A DNA stretch of 64,000 nt, taken from the NCBI GenBank assembly GCA_903896545.1, contig CAITYF010000204.1, positions 21,143-85,142 on the forward strand, read 5' to 3'. This document shows, piece after piece, positions 20,195 to 29,485 of the stretch (position 1 is the stretch's first letter; the number at the start of each line of letters is the position of its first letter). The notes under the pieces were generated by a model. It was given only the letters and a program-made list of their open reading frames with translations, was not told the origin of the DNA and did no database searches. The translations under genes and the position numbers were made by a program. Source of the DNA: an uncultured Myxococcales bacterium. Lineage in GTDB: Bacteria > Myxococcota_A > UBA9042.

Positions 20195-20952
20195 ACGCCC
20201 GCCTTGGCGAGCAACGCGGCATGCAGCGGCAAAGTCACTCCGCGGCGCTCCGCGATCGCCACGAACCAGCCGTTGCGCCACGGCCACTCTTTGACCGCCG
20301 CGCGGTTCTGCGCGATCGCCGCCGAATAGTCGACGAGCCGCTGCAGCACCGCTGTACCGTCCAACTTCAAGCCCAGTTCCAGCTGGCCGATCAGCAACAA
20401 CTCCGCGGTCAACTGCGCCACCTCGTCCGCGTGGTGCGCGAGGATCTGACCGACCGCGCAATCATGGACCTGACACAACAGGCCAAAAACACAGTTCCAG
20501 AGCAGCTTCTCCAGTTCCCACGCGGCAAAGTGCTGCGGGTCGACGACTTCAGCCGGCACGTCCAACGCGCGCAACTCCGCAACGACGCGCGCCGCGTGCG
20601 GCCCGACAAATGGACTCGGTGGCCCCAGGTCGATCGGCGCACCGCGGCTTTGCACGGCAAAAAACAAGAGACCACGTGTCGCGTTTTCCAGCCCGTGCGC
20701 AGTCAGCCAGGGCCGCAGCATGCCGTTTTGCACAAAGACCAGATCCGCGTTGCGGTGCTCTGGCACGCGTGCCAGCACGTCCGCGAGGTCGTCATTGCGC
20801 GTACACACCACGATCGGCGCGCCCGCCACGTCCTGCAGGACACGCCAATCATCGCGACGCCCCAGGACGTGGATCGGCCGACCACGCGCTGCCGCCCGCG
20901 CTTGCAGCGCCCCGCCAATTCTGCCCGCACCGATCAGCGTCCACGTCGACAT
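20191..20952 (-). CDS. Ketopantoate reductase (PanE/ApbA)-like oxidoreductase
   Basis: IGAGRIGG Rossmann motif, VFVQNGM, WELEKLLWNCVF. Confidence 0.65.
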   Translation of the reverse strand: MSTWTLIGAGRIGGALQARAAARGRPIHVLGRRDDWRVLQDVAGAPIVVCTRNDDLADVLARVPEHRNADLVFVQNGMLRPWLTAHGLENATRGLLFFAVQSRGAPIDLGPPSPFVGPHAARVVAELRALDVPAEVVDPQHFAAWELEKLLWNCVFGLLCQVHDCAVGQILAHHADEVAQLTAELLLIGQLELGLKLDGTAVLQRLVDYSAAIAQNRAAVKEWPWRNGWFVAIAERRGVTLPLHAALLAKAGV

Positions 20953-21054
20953 CTGGCCTCCACGCGCACTCTACGGCGGCGCGCGGTTGCGACACAAGAG
21001 TTGGCGCAAATCGCGGCGCTGCGGCATTCTCGGCGACCCTGACGGAGTGTGCGC

Positions 21055-21807
21055 ATGGAACCGTGGTTGCATCTGGAAACGTGGCTGAGTCTGCTGACGC
21101 TGACGGCGATGGAAATCGTGCTGGGCATCGACAACATCGTGTTCCTGTCGATCCTCACGGGGCGCCTGCCTCTGCACCAGCGTCCCAGGGCGCGGCGACT
21201 GGGTCTGACTGGCGCACTGGGTACGCGGCTCCTGTTGTTGCTCGCGTTGAATTGGCTGATGGGTCTGACGACGCCGATCCTGCACCTGATGGGGCGCGGT
21301 TTCTCCGGTCGCGATCTGATTCTCGGCGGCGGCGGACTCTTTCTCATCGGCAAAGCGACGCATGAAATCCACGGGCGCCTGGATGCTGCCGAGGAAGGCC
21401 ACGGCGACGCACGCGCCAAAGCGCCGTCTTTTGCCCTGGTGCTCATTCAGATCGCGCTGCTGGACGTGGTGTTTTCACTGGACTCGGTCATTACGGCCGT
21501 CGGCATGGCGCCGCAATTGGGCGTGATGATCGCCGCGATGTTCGTCGCCGTGGGCGTCATGATGGTGTTTGCCGGCGCCGTCAGCGACTTCATCACCCGC
21601 CATCCGACGATGAAAATGCTCGCGCTCTCGTTTCTGCTGCTCATCGGCGTGCTGCTGTGTGCGGAGGCCATCGGCCAACACGTCGACAAAGCGATGATCT
21701 ACTTTGCGATGGGATTCTCCTTCACGGTGGAGATGCTCAACCTGCGTACCCGCAAGCACAAACCAGTGGCGCTGCACAACGTGCCGGACCTGACCGAGGA
21801 CAAGTAG
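21055..21807 (+). CDS. TerC family integral membrane protein
   Basis: LEIVLGIDNIVF-like motif (MEIVLGIDNIVF), DVVFSLDSVITAVGM, HPTMKMLALSFL. Confidence 0.93.
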   Translation: MEPWLHLETWLSLLTLTAMEIVLGIDNIVFLSILTGRLPLHQRPRARRLGLTGALGTRLLLLLALNWLMGLTTPILHLMGRGFSGRDLILGGGGLFLIGKATHEIHGRLDAAEEGHGDARAKAPSFALVLIQIALLDVVFSLDSVITAVGMAPQLGVMIAAMFVAVGVMMVFAGAVSDFITRHPTMKMLALSFLLLIGVLLCAEAIGQHVDKAMIYFAMGFSFTVEMLNLRTRKHKPVALHNVPDLTEDK

Positions 21808-21814
21808 CCGCCCG

Positions 21815-21843
21815 TTGGACAATGCCTAAGATAGCGTTACGAT
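21815..21843 (+). promoter_or_regulatory. Putative sigma70 promoter
   Basis: TTGGAC-17 nt-TACGAT, 19 nt before the ATG at 21863. Confidence 0.45.
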
Positions 21844-21862
21844 ACTGTGCCGGGGGTGTGGC

Positions 21863-23659
21863 ATGACGAAGTTGCGGCGATGGACGCTGGTTTTTCTCGC
21901 AGGTCTCTGTTGCGTGGCGGCCAGTAGCGCGTGGGCTGGAACGCTCGCGGGAACCTTGCCCGTGCAAGGCGTATTGCGCACCTCCGCCGGCGGCGCTGTA
22001 GCCGACGGGACGTATACCCTCAAGGTCAGCCTCTACGATCAAGCCACGGGCGGCGCGCCGATTTGGAAAGACACGTTTGGTGCCGTCGCGGTCGTGGGTG
22101 GACTCTTCGCCTTTGAATTGGGCGGTGATTCAGGCGGTCAGCCGCTGCCATCGATCCTGACGAGCACAGCGACACCGCTTTGGTTTGGCATTTCCATCGG
22201 TGCCGATCCGGAGCTGCCACGCACCGCCATTGGCTGGGTCCCGCGGGCTTTTTGGGCCAACGTTGCCGGGGTCGCACAGGCCGTCGGTTGCACCGGTTGC
22301 ATTGGCGCGGAGCAAATTGCCAATGGGTCCATCGGCGCGGACAAGGTCGGCTTCAACTACGCGGCTTCAGCGGGCCCGGGCGGCGCGGCCACCAGCGCGC
22401 TCACGGCGAGCACGGCGGATACGGCAGTCAGCGCGCAAACCGCCGCCAGCGCCGACGTCGCCAAGGACTTGCAATGCAGCGGCTGCGTCGGCTTGTCCGA
22501 CCTGAGCAACGACGTCAAAGGCGCGTTTGTCGCCACCACCGGTGACAGCACGATCACAGGGAACGTCACGGAAAACGGCTTACTCACGGTCAACGGCGTG
22601 TTGGCCCTCGGCAGTTCGTTCATCATCGGCGGCATTTACGGCGACATCGGTCTGTGCAACGCGGCTAACGCTGGAAAACTCGGCTGGGACGTCAATTCGG
22701 CCAGATTCCAGATTTGCGACGGCACCGCGCTCCGCAATCTCGCCGAGTGTCGGGACCAGTGCCAGGACGCAAGCAAAGTGACCTGCGGCGCGGCGATTCC
22801 GGATATCTGCGGCGACACGAAGTCGGGTTGCACAGGTACGGGAACGCTGTGCGCGGATGCGACGAAACAGTGTGTGGACAACGGCGTCACATCTTCCTGC
22901 GTGGCCGTGCCCAAGTCCTGCCTCGCGATTCTCACCGCGACCCCCGGCTCGGCGTCCGCGGACTACACCATTGACCCAGACGGCGTGGGCGGTGAAGCCC
23001 CTACAAAGGTGTGGTGTGACATGACGACGACCTCGGCGACCAGCACACCCACACCCGCTGTCGGCGGTTGGACGCTCGTGATGAAGGTTGACGGCACCAA
23101 AGACACATTCCTGTACGACAACCCGCTGTGGACCAACAAGAACGCGTTGAACCCGGTCGCATTCACGTTCAACGACCCCAGCGAATTCAAGTCCACGGCA
23201 TTTTGGACGCTCCCTTTCACCAGCATTCGCATCTTGATGAGCACAGGCGCGGTCGGCGGACAATTGACCGCGCCCGGCCAAGAACTGCAGATCAGCGGCG
23301 GCTCCTTGTACGAAATTTTCGCTGATGGACTTTACCGGCCCACCTATCTGGGACGCGCAGGCTGGAAGGCGTTGATGCCTACCACGTCCCTGCTCCTGAA
23401 CTGCAACCTGGAAGGCGTGAACGTGCGTGCACTGGATAACCAAAGTTCGTCCAACGTCCGCCCCCGCGTGCGTCTGGGTATCTTGACCAACAACGAAACC
23501 GACTGCGCCACCGTCGACTCCTGGATCGGTGTCGGCGAACAGGGCTTTGGCTGCAGCAACCTGTCGGTCCAGCACGCCGCCGGTAATTCGTGTGGTCAAT
23601 GCGGCTGCGACGGACCAAATACGAACGCCACGGCGTTCACGTACATCTACGTTCGCTAG
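21863..23659 (+). CDS. Secreted protein with a fibrinogen-related-like C-terminal domain
   Basis: Signal peptide ending ASSAWA. N-terminal QG-L...LYD..TGG...W...V.GGLF module, Cys-rich linker, then SC..I...G...YTIDPDG...VWCDMTT...GGWTLVMK. Confidence 0.8.
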   Translation: MTKLRRWTLVFLAGLCCVAASSAWAGTLAGTLPVQGVLRTSAGGAVADGTYTLKVSLYDQATGGAPIWKDTFGAVAVVGGLFAFELGGDSGGQPLPSILTSTATPLWFGISIGADPELPRTAIGWVPRAFWANVAGVAQAVGCTGCIGAEQIANGSIGADKVGFNYAASAGPGGAATSALTASTADTAVSAQTAASADVAKDLQCSGCVGLSDLSNDVKGAFVATTGDSTITGNVTENGLLTVNGVLALGSSFIIGGIYGDIGLCNAANAGKLGWDVNSARFQICDGTALRNLAECRDQCQDASKVTCGAAIPDICGDTKSGCTGTGTLCADATKQCVDNGVTSSCVAVPKSCLAILTATPGSASADYTIDPDGVGGEAPTKVWCDMTTTSATSTPTPAVGGWTLVMKVDGTKDTFLYDNPLWTNKNALNPVAFTFNDPSEFKSTAFWTLPFTSIRILMSTGAVGGQLTAPGQELQISGGSLYEIFADGLYRPTYLGRAGWKALMPTTSLLLNCNLEGVNVRALDNQSSSNVRPRVRLGILTNNETDCATVDSWIGVGEQGFGCSNLSVQHAAGNSCGQCGCDGPNTNATAFTYIYVR

Positions 23660-23724
23660 CGCATCTTCTTGCCCTTCCCCCCGCGATAGCCTAGATTCCC
23701 CGCAGGATACCCCCCTGAGGTCTG

Positions 23725-26700
23725 ATGGCCACGGCGTTCGCTTCTCCCCGCAAAGACAACGACGAGTTGCCTGCATCCTCGCTGGTCGATAACTCGTACC
23801 GCATCGTGCGTTTGATCGGCCGCGGCGGCATGGGCGCCGTGTATGAGGCTGAAGATATTCGCCTTGGCCGACCAGTCGCGCTCAAAGTGCTGCGTTCCGA
23901 TTTGGCGACGCAATTGCAGGCCGACGAGCGATTTGTCCAAGAAGCCAAGATTCTCGCGCGGATTCGTTCGCCGTTCATGGCGACGGTCTACTCGATTGGC
24001 GCGACGGAACAGGGCCGCACGTACATCGCGATGGAGTACATCGACGGTGAATCGCTGGGCGATCTGCTGGACCGCGAGCGCTGGCTGCCGGTCAACCGCA
24101 TGGTGCGGATCGGTCAACGCGTGTGTGAAGCGCTGATGGAGGCCCACAAGGTCGGCATCATCCACCGCGATCTGAAGCCGGACAACATTCTGCTGACCAA
24201 AATCGGTTCGGTGGACGACTACGTGAAGGTGGTCGATCTCGGTCTGGCCAAGCACATGGCGCCGGGGAATTCAGCCGGCTATTCGCCACGGTTGACCCAA
24301 GCGCGACTGGTCGTGGGTACGCCGGCGTACATGAGTCCAGAGCAAGCCGCGGGTCACGACGTGGGCCCGTCGAGCGATCTCTACTCGCTGGGTGTGATTT
24401 GCTACGAAATGCTGTGCGGCTTCCTGCCGGTCGACGGCGAGTCGCCGCAGGATTTTCTGCGCGCCCACCAGTTGCAGCCACCCGTGCCGCTGGCCAAGCG
24501 CCGCGCCGATCTGAATTTTCCGCCTGAATTGGACGCGTTTTTTGCCCGCGTGTTGGCCAAGGGCGTCGCAGAGCGTCCCGTTGACGCACGCGCTTTCGCC
24601 GAAGAACTGGAAAAGCTGGAGGGGTCACTGCGGCAGCCGCAGACCCGCCAGGTCGTCGTCGCCGACACGTCGCCGCGGCTGGAAACCATCAAGCGGGAAA
24701 CCTTTGACTCGGACGAGCCGCCGCCGATTCCCGAAACACCGCAGCGGGTGGGCACGCCCACCACCCAGCGAAACAAGCAAACAGCCAGCGCCAAGCCCGT
24801 CGTGCAGCGTGAGAAGCGCCCGTCCGGACCCACGCTGGACATGCTGGACGACCGTCTGGACCGCGCCAAGGATCGCGTGCGGCTGGAGATGGTCGGCTTG
24901 GTGTCGCGCTCACGAGCTGCGCTGTACGACGCGATGGACAGTTTCGCCACGCATCTGGGCAACCGTGCCGACGCGCCCGTCGTGGTGCGCTTGCGTGTGA
25001 CGCCGCCGGATGGGCGGTTGCCAATCAGCTGCTTCTTTGAGGAAATCCGCAGCCGCGCCGGACTCTTTGACGACGATTCCGGGTCCGTGGCGCGACGCAA
25101 GCTGCTGGCCTGGGTGCAAGGCCTGATGCCGGATCGTCCCGATCGCGCGAGCCAAGTCGCGCACCTGATCGGTCTGTACCTGCGCGTCGAATTCCCCGAT
25201 TCGCCTCACCTTTCCCACGCCCGCGCGGTGCCAGAAGTGGCGCGTCAGGCGGCATGTGGCGCGCTGGTCGACGCGCTGCGGGCAATCGCTGGGCGCAACG
25301 TGCTGGTCCTGATCCTTGACCGAGCGGAACACCTGACCGAGACCGAGACTGCATTTCTGCGGCGGCTGATTCGCCAGCTCGGCGCAACGCCGGTGATGGT
25401 CGTGGCTGCGTGGGTGGCCAAGACCGACGAGATGCCGGTTGGCCTCACGGGGACGCTCGCGCAAGGCGCGGTCGCGGCGATTCCCTCGCGTGAACCTTCG
25501 CCGATCGACGTGGAGTCGCTGGAGCCAGAAACGCACCGAGCACTGGCGGCCGTTGTGCAATTGGGCGCGCCGCTGTGGCCCGATCTGCTGGAAGCCGCGA
25601 CGGGGGTTCCCGCGGGCGCGCAGATCGATCGGTTGGTCCGCGCCAATGTGTTGCGGCAGGTGCCGACGAGTCGGTTGTCCAATCAGGCGGAATACCTGTT
25701 GGTAGAGGCGCCCGACGCGGTACCGCTGGGCGATCTCAGCGCGATCAGCCTCAAGCAAGCCGCGCTCTGGATGCAAAAACAGGCGGAAGTTCGCCGTGAG
25801 CCGTGGACGCCGCGGTTGGCCGTGCTGGAGGCTACGTCGGGTGCGGCGGTGATGGCGGCACAGCACGGGCGGGAGTCGGCGGACCTGATGCGCGCGCTGG
25901 GCGCCCTTCCAGAGGCGATCTCGGCGTACGAAACATCGCGGCTGCTGTGCCGAACGCTGTACCTGTCGGCGGATGTGCCGGCGAAAGAGAAGTCGATCGC
26001 GGCGTACACGATGGCGACGACTTCGCTGGGGCTGTCCCAAGCACTGCGGGAACGCGGTGAATGTCAGGCGGCGAGTGATCGTGCGCGTGAGTCCATCGAA
26101 ATTCTGCGCGCGATGCCGGGTCTGGCGGAAGACGACTGGTATGCCCACGGCGTGCCGCTCCTCGACGCGTGGGCAGAGGCGGAAGCGCAGTGCGGTCGCG
26201 CGCAGTCGACCGTCGCGCCGCTGGAAGCGCAGATCGTTGCCCTGTCGCGCTCGACGACCAAACACGCGGCGGCACAGTTGGCGCACACACAACTGGCGCT
26301 GGGACGCTGCCTGCGGGCCAGCACACCGCCCACGGACAAGACGACGCTCCGCAAGGCTGTGGACGTATGGACCGCGGCGCTGGGCTCGGTGGCGGCGCTG
26401 CACGAACCCGTCATGGCCGCCGAACTCGCGATGGAACTGGCCGACACGTGGCGAACGCTTGGCGACGGCCTGGAGTCGGTGAGCCACGCGCGACGGGCGC
26501 TGGCGGCGGCTCGCGACGCGCGCAACTTGATTCTGGAAGTCGAGGCGCTCCGCGCGCTGGCGCTGGCGCTGCGCGACATCGGCGAATTGGACGACGCTGA
26601 GGCGCAGCTGGGCGAGGCGCTGAACGCGCTGGGCCGCGTGGACCGGCAGCGGCTGGCGGCGGAAGTGCTGGTCTTGCTGTCTGCCGTGCTGCAAGCCCGC

Positions 26701-27234
26701 GGTGCAATGGACGAAGCGGACGCGGCTCTGGCCAAGGCGTGCCGGGCGTTCGCGGCGCTGCCGGATTTGGCGGGGCTGTCCGACGCCTTGCGGCAACGTG
26801 GCGACATCCAGATGGCGCACGGCATTTACACGCGTGCCAAGGCGTTTGCGGAGGAAGCGGTGCGGCAAGCCGTGCTCGCGAACCACGACAATCTGCGGCT
26901 GAAGGCGCTGCTCCTGACCGCCCGTGCAGGCGCCGCTGCAGGCGAACCCAACGCCGCGCACACGGCCATGGAAGAGGCCTTCCAGCTCGTGCCAGGCGAC
27001 GTGCCGACGATCGAGCGCGCCGACTGCATGGTCGTGCTGGCCGACTTGATCGAAGCGGGCGTGCTCACGTCGGATCGCCAGCCGCAATCGCTGCTGCAAG
27101 AGGCGGAGAATTTGTACCGCGAGATTTCTGCGACGTCGGAAGCCCATCGGCTGGCCAAGCGCCTGCGCGCGATGAACGGCCTTTCCAGCAGCGCCGGTAA
27201 TCGCGCGACGGACACGAAGCCGGGACGGCACTGA
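23725..27234 (+). CDS. Ser/Thr protein kinase with degenerate NTPase-like middle region and TPR-like helical C-terminus
   Basis: IGRGGMGAVY, VALK, HRDLKPDN, DLG, GTPAYMSPEQ, SDLYSLG; Ala/Leu-rich helical repeats. Confidence 0.93.
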   Translation: MATAFASPRKDNDELPASSLVDNSYRIVRLIGRGGMGAVYEAEDIRLGRPVALKVLRSDLATQLQADERFVQEAKILARIRSPFMATVYSIGATEQGRTYIAMEYIDGESLGDLLDRERWLPVNRMVRIGQRVCEALMEAHKVGIIHRDLKPDNILLTKIGSVDDYVKVVDLGLAKHMAPGNSAGYSPRLTQARLVVGTPAYMSPEQAAGHDVGPSSDLYSLGVICYEMLCGFLPVDGESPQDFLRAHQLQPPVPLAKRRADLNFPPELDAFFARVLAKGVAERPVDARAFAEELEKLEGSLRQPQTRQVVVADTSPRLETIKRETFDSDEPPPIPETPQRVGTPTTQRNKQTASAKPVVQREKRPSGPTLDMLDDRLDRAKDRVRLEMVGLVSRSRAALYDAMDSFATHLGNRADAPVVVRLRVTPPDGRLPISCFFEEIRSRAGLFDDDSGSVARRKLLAWVQGLMPDRPDRASQVAHLIGLYLRVEFPDSPHLSHARAVPEVARQAACGALVDALRAIAGRNVLVLILDRAEHLTETETAFLRRLIRQLGATPVMVVAAWVAKTDEMPVGLTGTLAQGAVAAIPSREPSPIDVESLEPETHRALAAVVQLGAPLWPDLLEAATGVPAGAQIDRLVRANVLRQVPTSRLSNQAEYLLVEAPDAVPLGDLSAISLKQAALWMQKQAEVRREPWTPRLAVLEATSGAAVMAAQHGRESADLMRALGALPEAISAYETSRLLCRTLYLSADVPAKEKSIAAYTMATTSLGLSQALRERGECQAASDRARESIEILRAMPGLAEDDWYAHGVPLLDAWAEAEAQCGRAQSTVAPLEAQIVALSRSTTKHAAAQLAHTQLALGRCLRASTPPTDKTTLRKAVDVWTAALGSVAALHEPVMAAELAMELADTWRTLGDGLESVSHARRALAAARDARNLILEVEALRALALALRDIGELDDAEAQLGEALNALGRVDRQRLAAEVLVLLSAVLQARGAMDEADAALAKACRAFAALPDLAGLSDALRQRGDIQMAHGIYTRAKAFAEEAVRQAVLANHDNLRLKALLLTARAGAAAGEPNAAHTAMEEAFQLVPGDVPTIERADCMVVLADLIEAGVLTSDRQPQSLLQEAENLYREISATSEAHRLAKRLRAMNGLSSSAGNRATDTKPGRH

Positions 27235-27259
27235 CGCGTCGACTCGCCACCGCTGCGGC

Positions 27260-27436
27260 GTGGTCGTCGTGCACATCACCGTCGCCAACGGCGAGATCTC
27301 CAGCGTCAAGGTCGAGCCCAAAGACGTGGAACCCGCGCTCGCGAATGGCGTGACGACGCCGCTCCGAACCGCGAAGTTGCCCGGCGTTGATGCGTGCGAA
27401 CTCAGGATTACCGTCCGTTTCGACGTCAAAGACTGA
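27260..27436 (+). pseudogene. Small ORF or gene remnant resembling a TonB-C/AgmX-type C-terminal fragment (58 aa)
   Basis: Coding-like codons (GTG GTC GTC GTG CAC ATC ACC GTC GCC AAC GGC...) giving VVVHITVANGEISSVKVEP...LRITVRFDVKD*. No clear RBS; below the ORF-track cutoff. Confidence 0.35.
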
Positions 27437-27477
27437 CGCGCGCCGCCTTTCGCGCTATCTTGCGCGGCGGAGGTCAG

Positions 27478-28659
27478 ATGACGCGGCCGTTCGACAAAGT
27501 GTGCATTCTGGTTCTGGATGGTGCGGGCGTGGGCGCGTTGCCCGATTGCGCGGAATTTGGCGACCCGCCAACGGTGAACACGCTGGGCAATTGTGCGCAC
27601 GCGGTCAGCGGCCTGACTCTGCCCAATTTTCAAGCCCTTGGACTGGGCAATCTGACGACGCTTGCAGGCGTTCCCGCGGCTTCCAAACCCGCAGCGTACG
27701 TGCTCAAGATGGCCGAACTCTCGCGCGGCAAGGATACACCGACGGGGCACTGGGAGATGGTCGGCGTGGAAACGACTGAGCCGTTTGCCGTGTACAATCC
27801 GCAGTTTCCTGAAGCGATCATCGCGGAATTCACCGAAAAGACCGGCTACGAAGTGCTGGGCAACATCGTCGCGAGCGGCACGGCGATTCTGGACGATCTC
27901 GGCCCCGAACACGTGCGGACGGGCAAGCCGATCGTCTACACGTCGGCGGACAGCGTGTTTCAGATCGCGGCACACGAGGACGTGATCCCGGTCACGGAGC
28001 TGCACCGCATGTGCCTCGTGGCGCGCGAGCTGCTGGACAAATACCGCGTTGGCCGGGTGATCGCACGGCCATTCATTGGAACGCCGGGCAAGTGGAAGCG
28101 GACGTACAACCGCAAAGACTTCGCCATGCCGCCCGCGCCGGGCACGCTCTTGGACAAACTGATCGCCGCGCGCATCCCGGTGATCGGTGTCGGCAAGATT
28201 CAGGACATCTTTGCTGGCTGTGGTGTGCCAGAGTCGATCCACTCGGAAGGCAACACGGACGGTATTCGCCTGACGCTGGAGCGCCTGGAGACGCTGCAAC
28301 GCGGGCTGGTCTTCACCAACCTCGTCGACTTTGATGCGCTCTACGGCCATCGCCGCGACCCGCACGGTTTTGCCCACGCGCTGGAGGAAGTCGACGCCGC
28401 GCTGCCGCACCTGCTGGACGTGCTGGGCGAAGACGGGCTGTTGTGCATGACCGCTGATCATGGCAACGATCCAACGTACATGGCCTCGACCGACCACACG
28501 CGCGAGTACGTGCCGCTGCTTTTTGCATCGCGGCGCTTTCGTCACGGCGGAGAACTGGGCCAGACGCCGACCTTCGCGTCGCTGGGTCAGACGCTGGCGG
28601 CGAACTTTGCCGTGGCGCCGCTGAGCATCGGCGAGAACTACCTGCCGCGGCTGCGCTGA
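27478..28659 (+). CDS. deoB: Phosphopentomutase
   Basis: LVLDGAGVGALPD, GKDTPTGHWE, YTSADSVFQIAAHE, NLVDFDALYGHRRD, TADHGNDP, DHTREYVP. Confidence 0.97.
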   Translation: MTRPFDKVCILVLDGAGVGALPDCAEFGDPPTVNTLGNCAHAVSGLTLPNFQALGLGNLTTLAGVPAASKPAAYVLKMAELSRGKDTPTGHWEMVGVETTEPFAVYNPQFPEAIIAEFTEKTGYEVLGNIVASGTAILDDLGPEHVRTGKPIVYTSADSVFQIAAHEDVIPVTELHRMCLVARELLDKYRVGRVIARPFIGTPGKWKRTYNRKDFAMPPAPGTLLDKLIAARIPVIGVGKIQDIFAGCGVPESIHSEGNTDGIRLTLERLETLQRGLVFTNLVDFDALYGHRRDPHGFAHALEEVDAALPHLLDVLGEDGLLCMTADHGNDPTYMASTDHTREYVPLLFASRRFRHGGELGQTPTFASLGQTLAANFAVAPLSIGENYLPRLR

Positions 28660-28677
28660 CGGCTTGCAGGAGTGGGG

Positions 28678-29412
28678 ATGCAGGCACGTGAACAAACGAT
28701 CTGCGGGCTGCGCGCGGTCCAAGCGGCGCTGAAGATGCGACCCGACCGGGTGCGGCGGCTGTTCTACAGCGCCGAGCACGCCCGCCCGTTGCAGCCTACG
28801 CTTGCGATTCTGGCCAAGCGTCGCGCGATTTTCCGCGAGTTACCGGCCGATGAACTGGATCGCGTTGCCGGCACGCGCGCGCATCAGGGACTGGTCGCTG
28901 TGCTGGATGCGCCCGACGTGCCGAAGCTCTCACGCGAGGCGGTCACGCTGACGGCGCAACAGCCGGGCGTCACGTTGCTTTTGGACGGCGTAGGCAATCC
29001 ACACAACGTCGGCGCGATTGCCCGGACGGCGGCATTCCTGGGCGTGCGGAGCCTGTGGCTGACTGCGGAAGGCGCGGAAACGGTGCGGAGTTCAGCGGCG
29101 TGCCGGACTGCGGAGGGCGGGCTTGAATCGCTGGATGTGTCGGTGGTTCACGACGCGCGGGCGGTCGTGCAGGCATACGCGGCAGCGGGCGGTCACGCGC
29201 TGGCGCTGGCCGTGCGCGGCGAAAAGACACTGGCGGACTTGACCACGTATCGCGGGCAGCCAATCCTGCTGGTATTAGGGTCTGAAGAGAACGGTCTGGA
29301 TCCAGCCGTCGAAGCGGCGTGCACCCTGCGCGCGCGGATCACCGGAACGGCGGCAGTGGAGTCCTTGAATGTGAGTGTGGCGGCCGGGATTGCGCTGGCG
29401 GCGGTGATTTAG
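28678..29412 (+). CDS. TrmH/SpoU family RNA methyltransferase
   Basis: HQGLVA, LDGVGNPHNVGAIART, LVLGSEENGL, ESLNVSVAAG. Confidence 0.92.
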   Translation: MQAREQTICGLRAVQAALKMRPDRVRRLFYSAEHARPLQPTLAILAKRRAIFRELPADELDRVAGTRAHQGLVAVLDAPDVPKLSREAVTLTAQQPGVTLLLDGVGNPHNVGAIARTAAFLGVRSLWLTAEGAETVRSSAACRTAEGGLESLDVSVVHDARAVVQAYAAAGGHALALAVRGEKTLADLTTYRGQPILLVLGSEENGLDPAVEAACTLRARITGTAAVESLNVSVAAGIALAAVI

Positions 29413-29485
29413 GACCGCCCGATCTGCGCGCCAAGAACGCCAAATCCCGCGTGTTCAGCCAAGCCCGACCCGAACGTTTTTCGCG

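Noticed and set aside
24220-24250. DLG instead of DFG in the kinase as a sign of a pseudokinase
   Set aside because: The Asp is kept, VALK and HRDLKPDN are intact, and DLG is a common active variant.
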